Below are positions 1-6,955 of a stretch of DNA of 62,952 nt, piece after piece. Position 1 is the first letter of the stretch; each line of letters starts with the position of its first letter. The stretch is from contig JAQUWY010000007.1 in the NCBI GenBank assembly GCA_028692655.1, forward strand, positions 1 through 62,952. Direction: 5' to 3'. Made by a program: the position numbers and the translations under genes. The notes beneath the pieces are model-generated. The model did not search any database and had not been told where the DNA came from. It was given only the letters and a program-made list of their open reading frames with translations. This DNA is from Candidatus Omnitrophota bacterium. Lineage in GTDB: Bacteria; Omnitrophota; Gorgyraeia; Duberdicusellales; 4484-171.

Positions 1-61
1 AATCGTCACGAATTTATCCGGCTCTTTGCCAACATCAAATATTTCTCAAATACAGACCCTC

Positions 62-559
62 TCATCTTTTTTCAATCAAACTTCTTAGTTGTTTTCTCTT
101 TGTCCTCTTTGGAAAAACAGATGGGTAACCTAAAGCAATTACTGCCTCAAGCTCTAAATTCTTAGGAATTTTGAAATACCTGCGTAATTCATCTTTCTGA
201 TTGAGAATTTCACCCAGCCAGCAAGCACCTAACTTTTGAAAGTGAATATAAAGAAGCATGTTCTGAATACAGGCACCGATGGCCATTAAATCTTTTTCTC
301 GGTTATAAGAAGCCTTTTTATCCAAAAACACCAGGATGGCTTTATCCGCTTCTTTTATAACACTGCTGTAATGAGTAAACTCAGCCAATGAGTCTTTCTT
401 GGCCTTATCTAAAACCAGAAATTTCCAGGGTTGATTATTCAATCCTGAAGGTGCCCAGCGGCCGGCTTCTAAGATTTCATCAATTAACCTCTTGGCAATG
501 GTTTTCTTTCTAAATTTACGTATTGAGCGGCGGGTTTTGATAAGCCTTGAAACACTCAT
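62..559 (-). CDS. Nitroreductase family protein
   Basis: RRSIRKF and APSGLNNQPWKF motifs, GACWLG segment. Confidence 0.9.
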   Translation of the reverse strand: MSVSRLIKTRRSIRKFRKKTIAKRLIDEILEAGRWAPSGLNNQPWKFLVLDKAKKDSLAEFTHYSSVIKEADKAILVFLDKKASYNREKDLMAIGACIQNMLLYIHFQKLGACWLGEILNQKDELRRYFKIPKNLELEAVIALGYPSVFPKRTKRKQLRSLIEKR

Positions 560-754
560 ATCTATTAACCTCCTGGAGTTGAATGTTTATTGTATTCTAA
601 AACCGCCCGGATTTCAAACAATACTTTCGGGCTTTCTAACAAGCTTGAATTTATGTATTATTGGGGGTATATTGATAATAGCTTTATTTTAACTACATTT
701 TGCCCAATACCAAACTTTATATTGGTATTGGGTTTTTCTGGGAAAACTCCGTTA

Positions 755-773
755 GTTGATTTTTGTGTTATAG
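755..773 (+). mobile_element. Right half of attC-like (or attI-like) site; start of cassette 1
   Basis: GTTGATT-tttgt-GTTATAG; GTTATAG is the exact reverse complement of CTATAAC at 1616, as expected for the two ends of one cassette. Confidence 0.55.
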
Positions 774-800
774 GTAAATAATAAATAGGGGAAGAATAAA

Positions 801-1190
801 ATGAATTTTTGGGGAAAGATATCTAAAGTGTTATTAAGCTTTGGCGAAAGTCCGGCGGAACGAAAGATCAAAGAATCCACAATAGAAAATTGGTATCTAC
901 ATTTATCCGAAGAAGACCGAAAATTCTTCCCTGATAAGTCCGCGTTTGAAAAGGGCTTCCGTGATGTACCTGTGCGAAAAGTTGATCTGGCATTCCAAAT
1001 CTATCAAAAAGAAGCGAATGGACAGATGGAGAAAGAACCTTTATCGTCGTCTGACAAAACTCTTGTTGAGAATGCCTATCTAGCCGGTTATCATCAAGCT
1101 AAAGAAGAGTGGAAATGGTCAAAAGATGAGGCATGCAAAAGAGGTGATCAGGTCGCTTGGTTTGCATTACATATTTATAGATATTGTTAA
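801..1190 (+). CDS. Hypothetical protein (cassette 1, ORF1)
   Basis: 129-aa ORF, purine-rich RBS-like GGGGAAG upstream; no family recognised. Confidence 0.7.
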   Translation: MNFWGKISKVLLSFGESPAERKIKESTIENWYLHLSEEDRKFFPDKSAFEKGFRDVPVRKVDLAFQIYQKEANGQMEKEPLSSSDKTLVENAYLAGYHQAKEEWKWSKDEACKRGDQVAWFALHIYRYC

Positions 1191-1207
1191 TTCATAGGTA
1201 ATAAAAT

Positions 1208-1609
1208 ATGAGAAAATACATTGATGACATAACCGCAACTCTTGCCAAATTTCAATACATTGAGGAATTTCTTCGCATGTATATACAAAAAGTAAATAGC
1301 AGAATCAGAAAAACAATGAAGGGGAAAATACCCTACAAATACAGCGAAAAATGGGTTAAAAAAGATTCCTTAGGAACATTGATAGATAAATTTGAAAAAA
1401 ATAATGACAACAAAATTTTAATCAAAAGATTAAAAAGCTTAGTTCCTGAACGCAACAAAATAGCACATAAGGGGTTGTTAATCACTAGAGACCAGATTGT
1501 CAATGTTTCTTCTGTAAAATTAAAAAAAGAAAAGCTAAAAAAAATACGCATAAGTGCTGGAGTAGCACTAAATAGAATAAATGATGAAATAAGAAAAATT
1601 GAAAAATAA
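1208..1609 (+). CDS. Hypothetical helical protein with HEPN-like RNKIAH motif (cassette 1, ORF2)
   Basis: 133-aa ORF containing ERNKIAH (R-x4-H). Confidence 0.55.
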   Translation: MRKYIDDITATLAKFQYIEEFLRMYIQKVNSRIRKTMKGKIPYKYSEKWVKKDSLGTLIDKFEKNNDNKILIKRLKSLVPERNKIAHKGLLITRDQIVNVSSVKLKKEKLKKIRISAGVALNRINDEIRKIEK

Positions 1610-1615
1610 ATAAAC

Positions 1616-1845
1616 CTATAACAGCTCAATCCAGCCGACCTAAGCCGCCGGCTGGTTGAGGATATCGTAACATTGGGCCGTCGAAGTTGCTATTTTATAA
1701 AGAATTTGTGTCCGGGCGCCTGAATATCGGGTTAAATCTTACTCAACTTTGTTTCGTAACTTTTAACCCGAAGCGCCTCGGACATAGTTCAGCTAATCCC
1801 GGCCTTCGGTCGGGAAAGTTTCAATAGCTAATTTTTGTGTTAGGC
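1616..1845 (+). mobile_element. attC-like site A (unusually long)
   Basis: CTATAAC-5nt-AATCCAGC ... GCTAATT-5nt-GTTAGGC directly after a stop codon; extra C in L'' equals extrahelical G on the bottom strand. Confidence 0.6.
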
Positions 1846-1858
1846 CAACGAAATAATA

Positions 1859-2446
1859 ATGGATAAATTTCCAAAACGGAAACTGACTAGATTAAAAAAA
1901 TATGATTATTCACAAACAGGCTATTATTTTGTAACCATCTGCACACAAAACCGCAAAGAAATATTCGCATCGATTAAAAATAATCAAATAATATTAAACG
2001 AATTCGGCAGAATTGTTAAAAAATCATGGTTGCAAATACCCGAACATTTTAAAAACATCGAATTGGATAAATATATAATAATGCCCAACCATATCCATAC
2101 AATTATAAATATTGTAGGGGCGGGGTCACCCCGCCCGTTAAAAAACCACGACAATGATGATAACAAAATAATTGGGTATAGTATCGGGCGAGGAAACCTC
2201 GCCCCTACAAAATTGGGCCAGGTTATGGCATTTTTCAAATACCAGACAACAAAACAAATAAATAAATTACAAAATAGGCCAGGTATAAAAATATGGCAAC
2301 GTAGATATCATGACCACATTATCCGTAACGATAAATCATTGAATAGAATACGTGAATATATTGATAATAATCCTAAAACCTGGGATAATGATATTGAAAA
2401 CCCCATTAGGTTAGGTGCAATAGAATCGGAATTGATTAATGTATAA
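1859..2446 (+). CDS. REP-associated tyrosine transposase (RAYT, Y1 HUH family)
   Basis: RLKKYDYSQTGYYFVTICT, MPNHIH (HUH), WQRRYHDHIIR, YIDNNP. Confidence 0.9.
   Translation: MDKFPKRKLTRLKKYDYSQTGYYFVTICTQNRKEIFASIKNNQIILNEFGRIVKKSWLQIPEHFKNIELDKYIIMPNHIHTIINIVGAGSPRPLKNHDNDDNKIIGYSIGRGNLAPTKLGQVMAFFKYQTTKQINKLQNRPGIKIWQRRYHDHIIRNDKSLNRIREYIDNNPKTWDNDIENPIRLGAIESELINV
2114..2208. repeat. Inverted GTAG-type REP doublet inside the RAYT ORF
   Basis: GTAGGGGCGGGGTCACCCCGCCC (2114-2136) and reverse-oriented GGGCGAGGAAACCTCGCCCCTAC (2186-2208). Confidence 0.8.
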
Positions 2447-2614
2447 CAACTCAATCCCCGCCTTCGCGTAAAGCTATGGCGGGCAGGCAGCCGGCTCATT
2501 CGGCGCGCTCCTTGGCTTTGTCAAGTCGCTTACTCAGAGCAAGCTCCCCTGCAGCTAAAGCGGTTTACCCTGAGCGAATGAAATGAGTCGAAGGGCTGAT
2601 TTCGGGTGTCAGAA
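2441..2614 (+). mobile_element. attC-like site B carrying two palindromic insertions
   Basis: GTATAAC-aactc-AATC[31 bp insert]CAGC ... GCTGATT-6nt-GTCAGAA; overlaps RAYT stop codon. Confidence 0.6.
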
Positions 2615-2628
2615 ATAAAGAAGCGGTA

Positions 2629-3021
2629 ATGAGAAAAATAACTACAATTACTTTCTTGATAGCAATAAGTGTCTTCTTTAATAACTGCTTATTTGCCCAG
2701 CAGAAAAACACCGAATGCAAGAAGCTGAAAAAAGAGATAAAAAGCCTGATCAGTGAATGCCAAAGCTGTGAAACTGATGGAGAATGCTTTGTGGATGAGA
2801 GTTTGATTATAGGGTGCCCCTTTGGGTGTGATTTTATACGCAGCCATAAATTCGATAACAGTAAATATTTAACTTCAATTAAAATAGAAATTGAGAAATA
2901 CAGTGATGTATGCGAAAAATGCCTGTGGGATTGCGACGTTACACCCAAAAAGCAGGAAGTTGGCTGCCGCCAGGGCAAATGCGTGGATTTAAGATATTAT
3001 TCCGGGAAGAATCTGGATTAA
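2629..3021 (+). CDS. Secreted cysteine-rich hypothetical protein (cassette 3)
   Basis: Hydrophobic N-terminal signal-like segment; 11 Cys in mature region. Confidence 0.7.
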   Translation: MRKITTITFLIAISVFFNNCLFAQQKNTECKKLKKEIKSLISECQSCETDGECFVDESLIIGCPFGCDFIRSHKFDNSKYLTSIKIEIEKYSDVCEKCLWDCDVTPKKQEVGCRQGKCVDLRYYSGKNLD

Positions 3022-3028
3022 AAGATAA

Positions 3029-3457
3029 ATGAGGCTTTGGTCAATACATCCAAAATACTTAGACACAAAAGGGCTGCTTGCGCTCTGGCGGGAGGCTTTG
3101 CTGGCAAAAAAAGTGCTGCAAAATAAAACCAAAGGTTATAAAAAACACCCCCAGCTTCTGCGTTTTAAGAGTCAGAAAAACCCCGTTGGCGCTATAAATT
3201 ACTATCTTTATGAAATATTCAAAGAATCCAAAAAAAGAGGTTTTAATTTCTCCTGCCGCAAGGCCTGTTCTATATCTAAAAAGAGTTCTATTACCGTAAC
3301 AAGCGGACAAATAAAATATGAATTCAGCCATTTACTGGCTAAGTTAAGAAAAAGAGATGCGGTTAGGTATCGCTTGTTTAAAAATACTAAAAGAATAAAG
3401 GTGCATCCTATATTCAGAAAAAAGAAGGGCGAAGTAGAACCCTGGGAGAAATTGTAA
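3029..3457 (+). CDS. Pyrimidine dimer DNA glycosylase (T4 endonuclease V-like)
   Basis: MRLWSIHPKYLDTKGLLALWRE and HPQL motifs. Confidence 0.9.
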   Translation: MRLWSIHPKYLDTKGLLALWREALLAKKVLQNKTKGYKKHPQLLRFKSQKNPVGAINYYLYEIFKESKKRGFNFSCRKACSISKKSSITVTSGQIKYEFSHLLAKLRKRDAVRYRLFKNTKRIKVHPIFRKKKGEVEPWEKL

Positions 3458-3486
3458 AGCAGAAGAACGCATAGTAAATACAACCA

Positions 3487-4413
3487 CTAAACCCACCAGT
3501 AGCCTAATTCTTTCAAAATTCTTGGCCGGTGCTGCCAATCACTAAGAACCTTTACCCATATCTCAAGATATACTTTCTTATCGTAAATCTTCTCTATTTC
3601 TGAACGAGCCAAGGTGCCTATTGCTTTAAGGCCACGGCCCTGCTTGCCAATTACTATCTTTTTCTGAGAATTTCTCTGCACATATATTGTTACTTCTATA
3701 TGCACCACCTTTTTCCTGTCTTTTATGGCTGATACCTCTACTGCTACTGAATGGGGCAGTTCCCTGTCCAAGGCCAGAAAAAGCTTTTCCCTGACAATAT
3801 CGGCTATTCTAAACTGTATAGGAAAATCGGTCAGAGTATCTGTATCATAGAATGGGCCTGATTGCGGAAGATTTTCAAGTAAAGCCGCTCTAAGCTCATC
3901 TATATTCTTGCCGGTCTTGGCTGAAACCGGAATAAACTGTGCTGAAGGTTTTTTACCAACTTTTTCATCCGCCTTTTTTTGCCAAGCTTCAATGTAGCTA
4001 TTTAGATATACGGATTTTAGGTCTATTTTATTTAAAACCATGATTACAGGGATATTTTGAGTACTGATAATATCCATTAAGCGGGATTCTTCTTTGCCGA
4101 TGCGCCGAGAAACATCAACAACATACACAATAATATCGCTACCTTCTATCGAGCGTTTGGAAATAACATTGAGATGCTCAGCCAGATGGTCCTTGAAAGA
4201 GTGCATCCCGGGAGTATCCACAAATACTATTTGAGCTCCTTCTAAATTTAATATACCTCGTATCTGATGCCGGGTAGTTTGAGGAATGGGAGAAATGATA
4301 CTTACTTTCTCTCCTACTAAAGCATTCATCAAAGTAGATTTTCCTGTATTCGGCCGGCCTAACACCGCCACAAATCCTGCTTTAAATTTTTTTTCGCTTT
4401 CTTTTGTTATCAT
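3487..4413 (-). CDS. era: GTPase Era
   Basis: GRPNTGKSTL, PQTTR, DTPG, NKID, C-terminal KH domain with GKQG. Confidence 0.97.
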   Translation of the reverse strand: MITKESEKKFKAGFVAVLGRPNTGKSTLMNALVGEKVSIISPIPQTTRHQIRGILNLEGAQIVFVDTPGMHSFKDHLAEHLNVISKRSIEGSDIIVYVVDVSRRIGKEESRLMDIISTQNIPVIMVLNKIDLKSVYLNSYIEAWQKKADEKVGKKPSAQFIPVSAKTGKNIDELRAALLENLPQSGPFYDTDTLTDFPIQFRIADIVREKLFLALDRELPHSVAVEVSAIKDRKKVVHIEVTIYVQRNSQKKIVIGKQGRGLKAIGTLARSEIEKIYDKKVYLEIWVKVLSDWQHRPRILKELGYWWV

Positions 4414-6425
4414 TGACCGTTGTCCTTTACCCTTGCTAAACGGGTTTTTTCATAAAAATTATCTGTATATTCCCGGAACAAAGAAACTTCTAAAAATTCG
4501 GCTTTTAAGGGGTTATATCCATAAGAAGCCAAGAGAAAATAAGCCGTGGAAGAAAGCGAACCCGTCTTATCGCCTTTAGGTGTGCGCCAGCCGTGCCCGG
4601 TATCTATGAAAGGGCTTGTCGCATAAGGAAGACAAGGGTCCTGCTTACCCGATGCCGAAAGAGAAGTGATTATCATCTGCCCGAGCTGATCTGTATAAAA
4701 CCTGGCTTTGGTAAAATATATTTTAGACTTCGCGGGATTTATATCTTTAAAATATTCTGCCATTATCTCGAAAGATAAAATCATTTGAGATGTCCATTCT
4801 CCGGAAACAACGCCCCCCCTGGGAATATTCTTGGCTTTAGCGAAATCAAACCCCTGTATTTTAAATTCCTGCTGTCCCCGTTTGAATATAGCAGTAACCT
4901 CGCAATGTTTGACGGCAAAATCAAGAATTACCTCGGGGTCCATGTTTAATTCATAGAGCGTCTTGGGGCCGAAAGCCGCGATGGACCAGGCATAGGTATC
5001 AGTTGCTATCGTAGAATCTCCTTTGCCCCGTTTAACCGGAAGGTGAAAATCGGTATAACAATAGCGCTCAATCCACGACTTTATTTTATCCGCGGCGCGG
5101 CGGTATTCATAGTCACCGCTTAGCTCGTAGAATAATTCAAAAAAAGCGTAAGCATCAAGATTGTGCTCTGTGGAATACCAATCGTGCATAGGCCCGCCTT
5201 TAAGGCCGCATTCAGAATCCATCATCGATAACAAGAATCCTGCCACCTTTTGTGCTATAGCAATATACCTGTCATCTCCGCTTTCTTTGGTATAACATAA
5301 AGCCGCCAGGCCAATCCAGGCGTTGGGCCCGCTATGTATAACATATTCGAATACCTGGCCGTTTGAAAAATACGCGTTATAAATATCCTGGCCATGGTTA
5401 ACCCTTGCAAGGTAAAAATCAAGTATCCTGGAAGCCTCTCTCAAATGACCCTGGCAGGAAAAAACTATAGCAGCCAGCGCCTGATCGTAAGTAAAACAAG
5501 CTTCCTCTAAGCTGGCGTCTCCTTCGTAACTTATGACTAAACCGGTGGATAAATCCTGGCGGTTCCTTATCCAGCCAAACATCCCCTTTAAGATCTTTCC
5601 CGAAACAGCGCTTCTGGCTTTTTCTAACTCCCGAGCCTTGCGGCCGGCAAAAACGGCTGTTTCTTCTCTTTTTTTCTTCTGTGCTCTAAAAAAATCGTTT
5701 TCTTTCTTTAGGCGGGAAAGCTCGGATTCAAGAGAAAAAATTCTCTGTTCCAGGTCATGTGCCAGGTCAGACTTCCTGCTCTGCCTTGAAACCCGGTCAT
5801 ATTCTTCCTTCTTGCTGAGTATATTTTCATCCAGAAGCTTTATGCGGGAAGCTATTTCTTCTATACGTTCTTTATAAAATAAACTTTCTGACTGCTGATC
5901 CAGGAAGGTTTCGTCTAAAGAAGAGCTTTTTTGAATAATATCGATGTAATCACTAATCAACTCGTGGTTCTGGCGATTAAGCGAACGGGTTTCTAAAAAT
6001 AGTGCCGACGATACTATGGCCAATAGCAGTAACGAGGCTATTAAAACCCTGGGCACATATTTCTTCGCTATCGCAAAATTGAAAAGCAGTGCTGCTTTAT
6101 TTTTCGGTATATCTTTAAATTCCAAACCTGCCTTATATACTTTGTAAGAATCCTGTTGTTTCGCCTGCATCCAGGCAACGGTCGCCTGGGTTTCTATTGT
6201 CCTGTGCCCAAATGGAAGATGAATCTTCAATAGCAAACTGGACGGATCCTTGAGCCTATCCCAAAAACCCCACCATAAATCATTGGCTACCAGGCATATT
6301 CCGGCTTTGGCTATATCACGAGTAAACCCCTGCAGCCAGGGGGTAATCTGTTTACCATTCTCGTCCTGGACGACAAACTCTACCGGCAATACTGTCGATA
6401 TTCTTAAATATTTTCTCCTATTCAT
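4410..6425 (-). CDS. PilZ domain - TM helix - coiled coil - putative six-hairpin glycosidase-like domain protein
   Basis: RRKYLR and DIAKAG PilZ-like motifs; TM VLIASLLLLAIVSSALFL; coiled coil; TYDQALA / STEHNLD motifs. Start moved to MNRRK. Confidence 0.6.
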   Translation of the reverse strand: MNRRKYLRISTVLPVEFVVQDENGKQITPWLQGFTRDIAKAGICLVANDLWWGFWDRLKDPSSLLLKIHLPFGHRTIETQATVAWMQAKQQDSYKVYKAGLEFKDIPKNKAALLFNFAIAKKYVPRVLIASLLLLAIVSSALFLETRSLNRQNHELISDYIDIIQKSSSLDETFLDQQSESLFYKERIEEIASRIKLLDENILSKKEEYDRVSRQSRKSDLAHDLEQRIFSLESELSRLKKENDFFRAQKKKREETAVFAGRKARELEKARSAVSGKILKGMFGWIRNRQDLSTGLVISYEGDASLEEACFTYDQALAAIVFSCQGHLREASRILDFYLARVNHGQDIYNAYFSNGQVFEYVIHSGPNAWIGLAALCYTKESGDDRYIAIAQKVAGFLLSMMDSECGLKGGPMHDWYSTEHNLDAYAFFELFYELSGDYEYRRAADKIKSWIERYCYTDFHLPVKRGKGDSTIATDTYAWSIAAFGPKTLYELNMDPEVILDFAVKHCEVTAIFKRGQQEFKIQGFDFAKAKNIPRGGVVSGEWTSQMILSFEIMAEYFKDINPAKSKIYFTKARFYTDQLGQMIITSLSASGKQDPCLPYATSPFIDTGHGWRTPKGDKTGSLSSTAYFLLASYGYNPLKAEFLEVSLFREYTDNFYEKTRLARVKDNGQ

Positions 6426-6484
6426 AAAGCTTATCTCTATATCCTGGTTACCCAGTAAAATATGCGGGTTAGTGGGCCGGGAAA

Positions 6485-6847
6485 TCATTTACGAAGCTTA
6501 TTTAGCTTACTGAAAAATATTTTGAACTCGGTTAGTTCTCTCACTTTTTCCAAATCAGGATCCCTGAGCATATAAGAAAACTCTTCGTATCCTATCAGAA
6601 CCGCCCGTTTAAGTTCTTTTAAAGCTTCCTGAGGGCAATCGAGAAGGGAAAGGCTGCAGGCTAAATTATAATGCACAAAAGGATCATCGGGTTTAAGCTC
6701 GGCGAGTTTTCTATCAACGGCAAGGCCTTCCTGATAAAAGCCTTTGCGGGTATAGGAATCTCCCAAAGAAATCAGGACATTTACAAAATTCGGGCATTCT
6801 TTAAGTATGCTTTCATAAAATTTTATTTCGAAGTCTTTCCTTCTCAT
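6485..6847 (-). CDS. TPR-repeat protein
   Basis: LGDSYTRKG, YNLACSLS motifs; AGGAG upstream of MRRK start. Confidence 0.8.
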   Translation of the reverse strand: MRRKDFEIKFYESILKECPNFVNVLISLGDSYTRKGFYQEGLAVDRKLAELKPDDPFVHYNLACSLSLLDCPQEALKELKRAVLIGYEEFSYMLRDPDLEKVRELTEFKIFFSKLNKLRK

Positions 6848-6877
6848 TCTGTCGCTTCGCTCCTGCACGCTGATGAT

Positions 6878-6955
6878 CGCAGATTAGATACCGCAGATTG
6901 ACACAGGTATTATTCTGTGATCATCTGCGATTTTTCATCTGTGGCCATCTGCGTT
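6878..6955. repeat. CAGAT/ATCTG degenerate hairpin element, copy 1
   Basis: Tandem CGCAGATT units facing ATCTGCG/ATCTGTG units. Confidence 0.7.

Noticed and set aside
634-650. TTCTAAC as R'' partner of the site at 755-773
   Set aside because: Following bases (TGAATTTA) do not pair with L' GTTGATT; left half unsupported
492-781. Short + strand ORFs 492-692 and 590-781
   Set aside because: Overlap nitroreductase or the recombination-like site; no RBS or family motif
560-3500. Complete integron with integrase
   Set aside because: No tyrosine recombinase ORF in the window; only attC-like sites
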